Below are positions 19,298-30,149 of a DNA stretch of 64,000 nt, piece after piece. Position numbers and translations under genes: made by a program. The stretch spans positions 352,001 through 416,000 of the forward strand of contig OY730476.1 in NCBI GenBank assembly GCA_963422735.1. The letters are read 5' to 3'. Below the pieces are notes generated by a model that searched no databases, was not told the DNA's origin, and was given only the letters and a program-made list of their open reading frames with translations. The first letter of the stretch is position 1. Every line of letters starts with the position of its first letter. The stretch is from Candidatus Latescibacterota bacterium. GTDB taxonomy: Bacteria > Latescibacterota > UBA2968 > UBA8231.

Positions 19298-22200
19298 TGG
19301 CTATTTGGCTTCCCTTGGTGCTGGCCGGCTTAGTGGCCGGCAGCCAGTTCGTGACCAATCCAGAGGATTTGGGCAAGCACTTTGTGCGGGCGCAAAAGCT
19401 GTTGGCCACCGGCGATTTTGCCGGAGCGCAGCGAATATACGAGGGCGTGTTGGCCGTGTCGGACGGGGTGCTGATGCGCGCCTCGCACGTGCGCGTGGTC
19501 GTGGATGAGCACGCAGTGGGCGTCCAAGCAGCGGCGCGCTACCAGTTGGCCAACATGGCTCGCAAGCAGGCACAGTTGTGGGAGGAGGAAGCGGCGTTGG
19601 CCGATTCGGCCGGGGCCGATTCGCTGGCCGCGCTGGCCACGGCGTCCTTGCGGGCGGCGGCGGACCGCTTTGCTGTGCTGCGCGATGAGGAGGGGTTTGA
19701 ACTGCGCGAGACTGCGGCGTACCTCGTGGTGGAGTGCTTTTTTGACGCCAAGGAGTATGCGGCAGCAGCCGGGGCTGGGGAAGTGTTGTTGCGCCTGTTC
19801 CCCAAGGGGCGTTATGCCGAGCGGACGCGCTATACCTTGGGATGGGCGTGGTTTTACCAGCAGGAGTACGCGCAGGCGGCGGTGGCCTTTGGGGCATATT
19901 TGCAGGACGCGCCCGCGGGGATGCGGGCGTATCGGGCGCGGTTGCAGATGGGGTTGGCGCTGGAAGCATTGGGGCGGTATGAGGACGCGCTGGCGGCGTT
20001 TGGGGAGTTAGCCGATACCTATGACCCGGCGGATATGGACGATGCGGAAAAGCGGGCGGTGGCCTTGGCCGGATTGCGCCAAGGGCAGTCGCGGCGTACG
20101 CTGGCGGCTAAAGCCTGGATCAAGCGCGGGGATATGCTAAAGGCGTTGGGCCGCTATGGCGAGGCACTGGCCGCGTACAAGAAGGTCAGCCGGGACTTTC
20201 CGCAGGAGCCGCAGCTCGCCGAGCAGGCTTGGGTGCGGCAGGCGCTTTTGGCCCAGACCACACACGGGGTGGAGGCCAGCTTGGAGGTGTATCGCTATGC
20301 TGCGGAGCAGGCCGAGCGGCCGGCTTTTCGGGCGCGGATGCAGGCCGGGCTGATGAGCCTGCTGTTTGACGAGGGCCGCTACGAGGAGGCGCTGGCGGCG
20401 CATCGGCTCTACCTGACAGCTTATGGGGCGTTTGCGGACGCGGCTGGGGTGTCTGTTGACGAGGCTGTGTTCCGCCAGGCCGAGTGCCTGCGGCTGATGG
20501 GGGAAGAGCGTGCGGTCGCCGACAGTGCCCAAGTGTGGTTCGCCGAGGCGCTGGCCCTGTACGGCAAGGTGGGGACGTACTTGGCACCGGAAGCTCTGTT
20601 TTGGCAGGGGACGATCCATCAGACCCTCGGCGACTCAGCCGCGGCCTTAGCGCAGTTTGAACAGGTGATGGCCGGGGAGGCTGCTCCCGAGCTGGCTTGC
20701 CGCGCCCTGTTGCAGATCGCCCGCCTGCGCCACGAGCAGAGCGACGCGCTCTACGAACAGATCTTGACCCAATGTACCGACGAGGAGGTGCGCGGGTTGG
20801 CCGCGCTGGTGCTGGGTCGCCGCTGGCGGCAGGCCGGGCGCAGATCGGAAGCACGCCAGGTGCTGGAGTCCATCGCCCCGAGCCAGCCCCAGTACGCGTA
20901 CGCGCAATTGGAACGGGCGCAACTGTACGTCGAGGAGGGGGCAGCTGATGAGGCCATAGCCCTGATTGCGCGGCAGGTCGCGCAGACGCCGAATGCCGAG
21001 CTTACCGCGCAGTTGGGGCTGTTGTACCAGGGGCGTGGCGAGCACGAGCAGGCCCTGCCGTTGTTGCGCGAGGCTCTGCCGCAATTGGAGGGGGCTACGG
21101 CGGCGGCCGCGCAGGTGGGTTGGGTTGGAGCTTGTACAAGACTGAGCGCTACGAGGCCGCGTGGAAGGAGTGGGAGGCGGCTTGGCAGGCGGGTGTGTTG
21201 GCGGGCGACCAGCGGCGCGCCCTGTTGCAGGCTATGAGCGCGTGTGCCCAGACTTTGGGGGATAGCGGGCGCATGGAAGCGGTCTATCGGGCCATGGTTG
21301 ACAACGAGGCCACCCGCGTCGAGGGCTTGTTGGGGCTGGGGCAGTGGTATTTGGATCAGGATGAGGCCGCGCAGGCTGCAGCCCAAGTTCGTCCCTTGCT
21401 AGCGCAGGAGGATCGCGCATGGCTCCTGCTGGGCCGGGCACTGATGGCCGAGGACAGCTTGGCCGCAGCGCGGGCGGTCTTGGAAGAAGGGCTGGCGCAG
21501 ACATTGACCCCAGAGAAGGCGGCCGAATTCCATTTTGAATTGGGTAGCGTGGCCTTGGGCGAGCGCGATTACGAGGCCGCAGCGCGGGCGTTTGGCGCGG
21601 TCTTGGAGGGAGGGCCGCGCCGGGCGATGCGGGCCGCCGCCCTTTTCTACTTGGGGCACAGCCTCCAGGCGCGGGGCGAACGGGCGGCGGCGCAGGCGGC
21701 CTTTGCGGAGTTGGCCGCGGCCTATCCTGATCAGCCGCAGGTGTCTGAGGCCGAGCTGCTGGTAGGGGAACTGTACTACGAGGAAGAGGAATACGAGCGG
21801 GCGCTGGCGTCCTACGAGCGGGTCTTTGACACCTACCCGCACAGCAAGGACGCGCCCGAGGCTCTGTATGGGGCGGCTTGGTGCCAGTTGGAGCTTGAAC
21901 GCATCGAGCCGATGCGCGACCTGTTTTTGCGCTTGGTGCTCGAGCATCCCCAGCACGAACGCGCCCATCAGGGGCTTATGCACATCGGAGACTACTACTA
22001 CAACGGCCACCAATTCCTCAAGGCGTCGCGGCTCTACGAGCAGGTGGTGGAGCGCTTCCCGGAGACGGCGGAGGCATTGCAAGCGCGCCAGTTGTTGGCC
22101 TATCTGGCAGACGCGAAAGCCGACTCGCTCTACACAGAGGGCATGGCACTCTATGACCAAGGCGAGTTTGTGCGGGCCATCGCGGTGTTGGAGGAGGTCA

Positions 22201-22418
22201 TTGAGCGCTATCCCAACACCCCCAGCGAGGCGGCGGCGTGGTGCAATATCGGGGTTTCTTATTATCAGATGGACAACTGGCGCCTAGCCGCCCTAGCCTA
22301 TGAGGAGGCGATCTCGGCCTTGGAGGGAAGAGAGGAAGAATGGCGCGCCTTGGAGTTTGCCCGCAGCAATCGGGAGATGATCGGCCGCATGTACTTGGGC
22401 GAGGTGGCAGCGGAATGA
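19297..22418 (+). pseudogene. Long TPR (BamD/YbgF-like repeats) protein with one frameshift near 21120
   Basis: ATG at 19297 overlaps the upstream TAA. TPR repeats continue across frames (QVG|LGWSLY is restored by one added T). Confidence 0.7.
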
Positions 22419-23161
22419 AGACTTGGGGATGGGGGATACTTGCGCTGCTCGTGGCGGCTGGCTGCATTCGGTTTCCGCCGGATTTGCGCTACGCGCTGCG
22501 CGTTATGCCGCAGGAGGCCCTGCTGGAGGATGGGCGCTATTACTTCGACCCGGAGGATAGTACCGCGGTCTTTGAGCAGCAAGGCTTTCGCCTCAAGCTG
22601 CGCTACCTAAGCGATCAGGCCCTGAATCGGGAATACGCCCGTTTTACCTTTCGCGAGCCGAATCTGAATCCCTTTACATACGGACGGGATCGCGACTTGG
22701 ATCGGGGCTATGCGCCGCCGCGCTTTACCGTCTTTGAGATGACGGTGGTCAACCAGAGCTATCCCAAGGTGATGGTCGATCCGGCGAAGATGGTATTGCA
22801 CACCGACCGAGGTGGCGAGTACCGATACTGGGGTGTGCTCAAGCGCGACGCGGACAACAGTTTTGAGCACTACTACATGGAGCGGCGCGGCAAGGGCGGC
22901 AATGAAGACTACTACTATCAGGAGCGCATGGGCTTGGTGCGGGAGGCGTTGTTCAGGCGGCACACCTTTGTATTTAAGGGGGACACCTATACCGGCAAGG
23001 TGGTCTTTGCGCCGCTGCACGCCAAGGTGCGGGCGATCACCGTCGAGATGGAGGATATGGTCTTGCGAGTAGATGCCTTCGACCGCCCCAAGGAAGTGAC
23101 GAGCGCCTCGTTTGCGTTTTCGGTGACGCATGAAATCGCCCCAGTGCCGCCAGCGGAGTAG
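22415..23161 (+). CDS. Hypothetical lipoprotein
   Basis: MKTWGWGILALLVAAGC lipobox; ATGA overlap with the upstream stop. Confidence 0.7.
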   Translation: MKTWGWGILALLVAAGCIRFPPDLRYALRVMPQEALLEDGRYYFDPEDSTAVFEQQGFRLKLRYLSDQALNREYARFTFREPNLNPFTYGRDRDLDRGYAPPRFTVFEMTVVNQSYPKVMVDPAKMVLHTDRGGEYRYWGVLKRDADNSFEHYYMERRGKGGNEDYYYQERMGLVREALFRRHTFVFKGDTYTGKVVFAPLHAKVRAITVEMEDMVLRVDAFDRPKEVTSASFAFSVTHEIAPVPPAE

Positions 23162-23391
23162 GGACAAACCATGGTTTGTCCCACAAGTACTTTGGGCGCG
23201 GGTGCGATCGAGTGCGTATCTTTCTGTTTCCTAAGAAGCTGTCTGTTTCACCGCGCCACCCGTTTTCACGGGCGCAGGCAACCCCTCGCGGCCTGTCGCG
23301 CCTGCTTCACCCGCCTAAAGTCGGCGTATATGCGCTCGGGGCGCACCCGGAATTCTCACACAGCTTCTAAAGCAAGAAAAGCACTCCAGCC

Positions 23392-24273
23392 GTGATCCTC
23401 GCTCTGCCAACAGACAAGCTGACGCCGCGCACGGCCGACGAACTCCTCGTAGGGTTCCTCGACTACGCGCACGGGGCCGTGCCCGGGCAGCCCTTGGAGG
23501 TCGATTTGCGCGCCTTGCACTTTATTGATCCCTATGGCTTGGTGGCCTTGTGCTTGATGGCGCGCTACGGGGACTCGCTCTCGTCGCGGGTCGTCTTTCA
23601 CCTGCCCCGCGCTTTTGCCCTGCGCACCTATCTAGGACGGGTGCGGTTCGCCGCGGCCGTGGATGGGGTTGAACTCTCCGGGCCGACGCTTATCGTAGAT
23701 CAGGAGCGGGAAAAGGAAGAGAGCGAGGCCCTGTTGGAAATCACGCGGATTGAGGAGCGAGCGGATATCGAGACCGCGTTGGGCAAAATCGGCCAGCGCG
23801 TAGAGGCGATTCTGGCCGAGGAATTGCGCTACACCGAGGTGGAGATCAATCAGTTCAAAAACGTCGTCGCCGAGCTGTGCCACAACATTCTCGATCACAG
23901 CGAGAATTGGGGCTACCTGACGGCCCAGCGCTACTTGGATTCGCGGGTGGGAAAAAAATACGTGGTCATCGGGGTGGGGGACCTCGGGATCGGGATCAAG
24001 AAGAGCCTGTCGGTGCGCTACGACGCGGCGGATTGGTCGCATGGCACGGCCATACTCAACTCGTTGCAGAAGCACTTTTCCCGCGACGCGACCCGCGGCC
24101 TCGGGCTGTATATCGTCAATCAGATTTGCAACCGCTACAATGGCTCATTGCACATCCGCTCGGGGGATACTCGGGTCTATATTCGCAGTCGGCGGCACTG
24201 GGAACACGCTTCGGTCCACTTTCCCGGCACCCAGATTGCTATCGCGCTCTATCAGCGGGAAGGCGGGCCTTAG
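23392..24273 (+). CDS. STAS-like + HATPase_c (anti-sigma/kinase-like) protein
   Basis: VDLRALHFIDP; ELCHNILDHS (N box), DLGIGI (G1), GLGL (G2), GTQI. Confidence 0.75.
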   Translation: MILALPTDKLTPRTADELLVGFLDYAHGAVPGQPLEVDLRALHFIDPYGLVALCLMARYGDSLSSRVVFHLPRAFALRTYLGRVRFAAAVDGVELSGPTLIVDQEREKEESEALLEITRIEERADIETALGKIGQRVEAILAEELRYTEVEINQFKNVVAELCHNILDHSENWGYLTAQRYLDSRVGKKYVVIGVGDLGIGIKKSLSVRYDAADWSHGTAILNSLQKHFSRDATRGLGLYIVNQICNRYNGSLHIRSGDTRVYIRSRRHWEHASVHFPGTQIAIALYQREGGP

Positions 24274-24276
24274 CCG

Positions 24277-24411
24277 ATGTTTGGCGAGCGGCACACCCCG
24301 CCGAAGTCCCCGCGCTACGAGCCGTGGCTGCTGTTGGCCCTAGCGGTGGTCATCGCCGGCCTCGCCGTGGCCGTCTACGTGGCGGTGAGCATTCTATTTC
24401 CTACCGCCTAG
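24277..24411 (+). CDS. 44-aa single-pass membrane protein (not in ORF track)
   Basis: MFGERHTPPKSPRYEPWLLLALAVVIAGLAVAVYVAVSILFPTA; starts 4 nt after the upstream stop, with GC-rich third codon positions. Confidence 0.55.
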   Translation: MFGERHTPPKSPRYEPWLLLALAVVIAGLAVAVYVAVSILFPTA

Positions 24412-24468
24412 CCCCATCATATTGGTATCCGTTGAATTCCGCATCGCTCATTTTGTGGTAGAATTTGC

Positions 24469-24497
24469 TTGACAGCCAGAAAATCTCCGCGTAAGTT
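24469..24497 (+). promoter_or_regulatory. Sigma-70-type promoter
   Basis: TTGACA-N17-TAAGTT in an AT-rich gap upstream of 24555. Confidence 0.55.
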
Positions 24498-24554
24498 TGC
24501 TTAATTGAATACAGTTAAGTTTTTGTTTATTCAATTACAGGAAAGGCGCGGTTC

Positions 24555-25145
24555 ATGGATCCAGCCGTTGAAGAGCGCGTACAACAGCAGGCCATACACC
24601 AAGCCCCCGCGTACCTGTTTGCGGGCGAACAGGGCATCTTCAGCGGGCGGCCTCGCGGGGCCCAGCTACTTGAAGAATTGATGCAGCACCTGCTCAGCGG
24701 CCCGGCCGACGCGGCCACGCCGCTGGACTTTTCCCGGGTTTCGTTCATGGATGTCTCGTGCGCCGACGAGATGCTCAACAAGCTGCTCTTGCGCTTGGCC
24801 AGCGGCGAGATAGGGCACCGCTACGTCTATATCACCGAGGCCAATATCTCGGTGCGCGAGACTATCGCGGCCGTGTTGCAGCTCCGCGAGTTGGCCGCGC
24901 TGTACAAAGATGGCGAGTACGCCGGGGTGCTCGGGGTGCTCAAGACGCCGATGCGCGAGGTGCTCGACGTGCTGCTAGCGCATAAGTGCGCGACCTCGGC
25001 CGCGATCTCCGACGCGCTCGGCAAAAACATCAACATCGTCTGCAACCGCCTCAACGCCTTGCAACGCCTCGGGTTGGTGTGCCGCCTGCGCGATGGGTCG
25101 GTCGCCGGCGGCGGGCGGCAATTCTACTATGTCTCGATTGTCTAA
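24555..25145 (+). CDS. STAS-like (DUF4325-type) + winged-HTH protein
   Basis: SGRPRG..LDFSRVSFMDVSCADEM; C-terminal TSAAISDALGKNINIVCNRLNALQRLGLV helix-turn-helix. Confidence 0.7.
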   Translation: MDPAVEERVQQQAIHQAPAYLFAGEQGIFSGRPRGAQLLEELMQHLLSGPADAATPLDFSRVSFMDVSCADEMLNKLLLRLASGEIGHRYVYITEANISVRETIAAVLQLRELAALYKDGEYAGVLGVLKTPMREVLDVLLAHKCATSAAISDALGKNINIVCNRLNALQRLGLVCRLRDGSVAGGGRQFYYVSIV

Positions 25146-25803
25146 GTGCTTCCTGGGAGCGGCCTTAACCGCTGCCTTGGCCTTGGGAGCCGCGGCGGCC
25201 AAGCTGCGCAGCGACCACACCTTCGTGGTCGAGGCTAGCGTGGAAAATTTTCGCGACGCGCCCAACGGCACCAAGCTGGGCACGTTGCTGGCCGGCACGG
25301 AGATTGAGCAAATCGGCGAGGAGGGCCGCTGGGTGCGCTTCCGCGTCGAAGGCTGGGTTTGGGGACCTTCCTTGGAAGGCTATGTCTCCGAGGAGGAGGG
25401 TCGCGACGCGCCGGAGGAAGAGCCGATCCCGCCGCTGCAAGACCAACGCCCCCGGCTTAAAGAGCTGGTTAACGACCGCTATGGGGTGTTCTACGGGGTT
25501 GGGCTAGACGAGGATGTCGGCCGGCTGTGGCTGCGATTTCGCGTCCGCGACATCGAGCGCGAGGCTTGGGAGCGGCGCGCATTTGCCGTGCAGCGCGGCG
25601 CGGCCGAGTTGTTGCAGGGCCACGTCGAGTTCAGCGCAATCCGCATTGAGACCAACCGGCCTGATGGCAGCGGCGAAGTCGGCCAGTACATCGCTGCGAC
25701 CGCTGCTGCTGACTTGGCCCGCGCCGGCGACGACTGGGCCGCTTGGCGGCAGCACACGCGCTTTTCGATTGATGGGGGCGAAACGTGGGAAGAGGCCGAA
25801 TAA
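25129..25803 (+). CDS. Secreted protein with bacterial SH3-like domain
   Basis: Signal peptide MSRLSKCFLGAALTAALALG; ENFRDAPNG..L..GT..GRWVRF..GWV. Confidence 0.6.
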   Translation: MSRLSKCFLGAALTAALALGAAAAKLRSDHTFVVEASVENFRDAPNGTKLGTLLAGTEIEQIGEEGRWVRFRVEGWVWGPSLEGYVSEEEGRDAPEEEPIPPLQDQRPRLKELVNDRYGVFYGVGLDEDVGRLWLRFRVRDIEREAWERRAFAVQRGAAELLQGHVEFSAIRIETNRPDGSGEVGQYIAATAAADLARAGDDWAAWRQHTRFSIDGGETWEEAE

Positions 25804-27090
25804 ATGCGCGCATCTCGACGGGGCCGCTCTAGGGCTGCTCGCAAGGCTAATGCCATGTTGGATCTGTATTCGGTAAAGACCCAAATAGACGGCATGGTGG
25901 CCGACGAGCGCCGCGTCCAAGAGGACTTTCGCGCCAAGCTCGAATTGGCATTGGCCCAATACCGGCGCTGGCTGCCTGAATGGGAGCGCTTGGCCCGCAA
26001 GATCGACGAGAGCCGCACTTCTTGGCTGTTACCCGGCTTGGGCGAGGGCCTAGGCGGCGGGATCAACCCGCCCGCCCGCCCGAGTACCATCAGCATCGCC
26101 GCCACGGACGGCTCGCAAATTTTTCCCGACCGACACGAGATCTCGGCCTGTTTTCTGATCAATATCGGTTACATTCTGCTGCACTACGGCACTGGCGAGA
26201 AGCCACTGATGAGCAGCAAGCCGCGGCTCTACTACCGAGAGGAGGATATTTACGAGGAATGGGGTGGGGCGCGGGTTTTCGCCAATCGCGAACTCGTCGG
26301 CTTCAAGCGCGGCCTCATGGAGTTCACCGAGTTAGCTGATTTGGCGTTGGCAGCCCGCGCCGAGGGGCATCAGACGCTCGCGCTTTCCGACGGCACGCTG
26401 ATTTTGTGGAACTTGGAGGGCAAGCCGCAAGACTTCCGCGCCGCGCACCTAGAGGCCACCCTAGCGGCGATGGACGAGTTGCGCGAGGCGCGGGTGCCGG
26501 TGGCAGGTTACATCAGCCAGCCGGGGAGCCAAGAATTGATCAACGCGCTCAAGCTGGGCCTGTGTCCGCTTGCAGCGGCCGACTGCGACCGCTGCCCCTA
26601 TCAGGAAGAAAACCAGCTCCACTTTAGCCGCGAAGAAATCGACGCCCTGCAAGCGGACTTGTGGCAGGGCCGCGGCTTGCCTTGCAGCCCCATTGAGGGA
26701 CTGAACGACGCGGTCTTGGTGCGGCAGGTGCTCCGCCTTGGGCAGCGTACGCCGCTCTACCGCAGTGCGTCCAAGATTCTCGCCGAGTACGGGCCGCATC
26801 ACATCTACTACTTCTACCTGCACGTAGGGGCCGAGATCGGTCGGGTCGAAATCCCGGAATGGGTGGCGGCCGACCGCGAGCTGCTCGACTTGGTCCACGC
26901 CTGTCTGTGCGACCAAGCCGAAAAGGGCCAAGGCTATCCGGTCGCCTTGGCCGAGGCACACGAGCGCGCCGTGGTACGCAGCGCGGACCGCGAGACATTC
27001 TATCGCTTTTTGCGCGACACCTTTGTCAAAAACGACCTGCAAACCCGCTTGTCAACAAAGAGTTTCAAGAAGCGCTACACCGGCATTTAG
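25804..27090 (+). CDS. nurA: NurA 5'-3' nuclease
   Basis: IAATDGSQ, LSDGTL, AGYISQP, RVEIP, GYPVALAEAHERAVV. True start may be 25855. Confidence 0.85.
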   Translation: MRASRRGRSRAARKANAMLDLYSVKTQIDGMVADERRVQEDFRAKLELALAQYRRWLPEWERLARKIDESRTSWLLPGLGEGLGGGINPPARPSTISIAATDGSQIFPDRHEISACFLINIGYILLHYGTGEKPLMSSKPRLYYREEDIYEEWGGARVFANRELVGFKRGLMEFTELADLALAARAEGHQTLALSDGTLILWNLEGKPQDFRAAHLEATLAAMDELREARVPVAGYISQPGSQELINALKLGLCPLAAADCDRCPYQEENQLHFSREEIDALQADLWQGRGLPCSPIEGLNDAVLVRQVLRLGQRTPLYRSASKILAEYGPHHIYYFYLHVGAEIGRVEIPEWVAADRELLDLVHACLCDQAEKGQGYPVALAEAHERAVVRSADRETFYRFLRDTFVKNDLQTRLSTKSFKKRYTGI

Positions 27091-27102
27091 GGGAGGCCCA
27101 CC

Positions 27103-27759
27103 GTGGAGACCATCAAAGAGCGCGAGCGAGGCCCGCTGAGCCGCTTCCTGCCCGAGTTCCTGCCGCTGTCTGGCGACTCCGGGGACGAGCGAACCTACGT
27201 GGGCGAAGTAGTAGAGAGCAGCACCACTGAGTTGATCGCCCAAGCGCGCGAGCTGCACGGCGCACCTTCCTTTGGTCAGTTCGTGCGCGTGGAGGCCGCG
27301 ATGCCGGTAGTCGGCATTGTGTTCAACGTCTTCACGCACTCCATCGAGCCGAACCGCCGGCCCACGGCCTACGGCAAGACCGAAGAGGAGCTACGCCTAG
27401 AGCAGCCGCAAATTTTCGAGTTGTTGCGCACCGAGTTCCAAGGCCTAGTCATTGGCTATTTGGACGGCGATGAGTCCGTGCAAATCCTGCCGCCGCAGCC
27501 GGCGCGCATCCACAGCTTTGTGCACTTGTGCTCAGACGAGCAAGTGCGGGCCTTCACCCGCACCGACGACTATCTGCGCAGCATTCTCAACACATCCAAA
27601 ATACCCACTGACGAGCTGGTAATCGCGGTGTTGCGCCACACCGTGCGCGCCCACGCCCACGCGCCGTCCTATCTGGTGCAGATGGGCAAGGAGTTGTCGC
27701 GGCTGCTCAGCGACGACTACGACCGGCTCAGCTCGATTATCCGCCGGGTGGTCAACTGA
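27103..27759 (+). CDS. HAS-barrel domain protein
   Basis: GEVVESSTT..PSFGQFV..PPQPARIH; sits between nurA and herA. Confidence 0.7.
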   Translation: METIKERERGPLSRFLPEFLPLSGDSGDERTYVGEVVESSTTELIAQARELHGAPSFGQFVRVEAAMPVVGIVFNVFTHSIEPNRRPTAYGKTEEELRLEQPQIFELLRTEFQGLVIGYLDGDESVQILPPQPARIHSFVHLCSDEQVRAFTRTDDYLRSILNTSKIPTDELVIAVLRHTVRAHAHAPSYLVQMGKELSRLLSDDYDRLSSIIRRVVN

Positions 27760-27761
27760 CA

Positions 27762-29444
27762 ATGGCAAAATACGCGCACAACGGAGTGCCAGCCGCGGCC
27801 GGTCGCGGGCAGCAGATCGGGGTGATTACCAAAGGCTCGCTGGTCGAGGGGCTGGAGATGAAGCTGGACCCCGAGCAGAACGTCGAGGACATGAAGGCCG
27901 GCAAATTCGTGGTCATCGAGGGCGACAAAAACGACTTCTTCTCCATGGTCACCGACATGCGCCTCGACGCGAATAACCAAGAGATTCTCCTGCATCCCCC
28001 GAGCCAAGAAGACGCGCTCTTGCGCCAAGTGCTCGCCGGCACCAGCACGTACAACATCGTCTCGCTGCGGCCCATGCTGATGATGCTCAAGAATGCAGCG
28101 GCCGAAGAAGGCCCGCGTCCGGTTAAGGCCATTCCGAGTCACTTCTCCGAGGTGCAAGAGGCCATGGCCGACGATGTGGCCAAGATATTCGGCTGCGAGG
28201 GCGACGCCGAGGGCCGCTACTTCAGCATCGGCCACCCGCTCGACATGGACACCCAAGTTTGCCTCGACATGATCCGCTTTGCCGAGCGCTCCAACGGCAT
28301 CTTCGGCAAGACCGGCACGGGCAAGTCCTTCCTGACGCGGCTGGTGCTGTGCGGGCTGATTCACTTCGACAAGGCCGTCAACCTGATCTTCGACATGCAC
28401 AACGAGTACGGGTTCAAGGCCATGAAGGAAAACGGCTCCACCACGACCTTCGTCAAGGGCCTCAAGCAGCTTTTCGGCGAGCGGGTGGCGATTTTTTCCT
28501 TAGACCCCCAATCGACCCGCGCCCGCGGCGTGCAGCCGGATCACGAGGTCTATATCTCCTACGACCAGATCACCGTCGAAGACATTGCCCCGCTGCAAGA
28601 CGAGCTCAAGCTCAACCCCACGGCCGTGGAGTCGGCCTACTTGGTGTACGCGATTTACAAGGAGCGCTGGCTGAGCACGCTCTTGAAATTGGAAGGCCCG
28701 GATGTGGAGGATTTTGCCCGCGAGATCGGCGCGAATGCCGGGTCTTTAGTGGCCCTGCATCGCAAGCTCAAACGGCTCGAAAACTTTCCCTTTATGGTCT
28801 CCAAACTCCGGGGCGGCGACGTGGTGGACCGCATCATGGAATACCTCGACAAAGGCATCAACGTGGTGCTGGAGTTCGGGCAGCAGACGAGTATGCTGTG
28901 CTATTTGCTAGTGGCCAACATCATCGCGCGGCGCATCCACGAGATGTACGTCAAAAAGAGCGAGCGCTTCTACGCCACCCAGTGCCCTGAAGACCAGCCG
29001 CGGCAGCTAATGATCACCATTGAGGAAGCGCACAAATTCCTCAACCCCATAGCGGCTAAGCAGACCATCTTCGGCACTATTGCCCGCGAGATGCGTAAGT
29101 ACTATGTCTCGCTGTTGGTAGTAGATCAGCGGCCGTCGAGCATTGACGACGAGGTGTTGTCCCAGATCGGTACGCGCATCACGGCCCTACTCAACGACGA
29201 AAAGGATATTCAAGCGGTACTCACTGGTGTCAGCGGCACTGAAGGGCTGCGTAGTGTGCTGGCCAGCCTAGACTCCAAGCAGCAGGCCCTGATCCTCGGC
29301 CATGCCGTCCCCATGCCGGTAGTGATCAAGACCCGCGACTACGATACCCAATTCTACAGCGCGATGGGCTGCATGGACGATCTGCCTGCCGAGGAGCGGC
29401 GGGAGAAGGTGGAGCGGGATGTGGCGGCGTTGTTTGGGGAGTAG
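27762..29444 (+). CDS. herA: HerA-family helicase/ATPase (DUF87)
   Basis: N-terminal HAS barrel, GKTGTGKS, IFDMHNEY, IEEAHKF, IAREMRKY, DQRPS. Confidence 0.9.
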   Translation: MAKYAHNGVPAAAGRGQQIGVITKGSLVEGLEMKLDPEQNVEDMKAGKFVVIEGDKNDFFSMVTDMRLDANNQEILLHPPSQEDALLRQVLAGTSTYNIVSLRPMLMMLKNAAAEEGPRPVKAIPSHFSEVQEAMADDVAKIFGCEGDAEGRYFSIGHPLDMDTQVCLDMIRFAERSNGIFGKTGTGKSFLTRLVLCGLIHFDKAVNLIFDMHNEYGFKAMKENGSTTTFVKGLKQLFGERVAIFSLDPQSTRARGVQPDHEVYISYDQITVEDIAPLQDELKLNPTAVESAYLVYAIYKERWLSTLLKLEGPDVEDFAREIGANAGSLVALHRKLKRLENFPFMVSKLRGGDVVDRIMEYLDKGINVVLEFGQQTSMLCYLLVANIIARRIHEMYVKKSERFYATQCPEDQPRQLMITIEEAHKFLNPIAAKQTIFGTIAREMRKYYVSLLVVDQRPSSIDDEVLSQIGTRITALLNDEKDIQAVLTGVSGTEGLRSVLASLDSKQQALILGHAVPMPVVIKTRDYDTQFYSAMGCMDDLPAEERREKVERDVAALFGE

Positions 29445-29455
29445 GGAGGTGTGCG

Positions 29456-30124
29456 ATGGAGACGTATTCGAACGGACAAGACATCATCTACCACGGCGAT
29501 GCGGTCTGTGTTCTGTGTTCTGGAGTCAGAGCGGATTCCCGAGGACAGCATTGACCTGATATTCGCCGATCCGCCGTACAATATTGGCAAGAACTTCAAC
29601 GGGCGACGCGACAAATGGCCCGAAAAGGCGTACTGCGCGTGGGTATCATAAGCTCAAGCCGACCGGTAGCCTGTACTTAATGTGTGCCACGCAGTGTTTT
29701 GCGCCGTTTGATTTGCTCTTGCGCCAACGCCTGACTATTCTCTCGCGGATTGTCTGGCACTACGACAGCTCCGGTGTGCAAGCCAAGCGATACTTTGGTT
29801 CCCTTTGGGAGCCGATATTTCACTGTGTGAGAGATCCCAAGCACTATACCTTCAATGCAGACGACATCCTCGTCGAAGCCAAAACTGGGGCGCAGCGCAA
29901 ACTAATCGACTATCGCAAACCGGTGCCTACCCAATACAATTAGTTCAAACCCTGGAGACATCGTCCTCGATCCGTTCGCCGGAACATTTACTGCAGCTCG
30001 CGCTGCCGCCAATCTCAACCGTAGAAGCACGAGTATTGAGATTGACGAGGATTACCTGAAAATTGGACTTAGACGACTTGAACTGGCTGCCGAGTACAAG
30101 GGAGAGGTTTACACCGGCCGCTGA
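29456..30124 (+). pseudogene. YhdJ-like N6-adenine DNA methyltransferase, frameshifted and internally deleted
   Basis: DLIFADPPYNIGK; IVWHYDSSGVQAK..TFNADDILVEAKTG..LIDYRK; SSNPGDIVLDPFAG. These motifs are spread over several frames. Confidence 0.8.
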
Positions 30125-30149
30125 AGTCCTACGAAGACGGGTATTCCAG

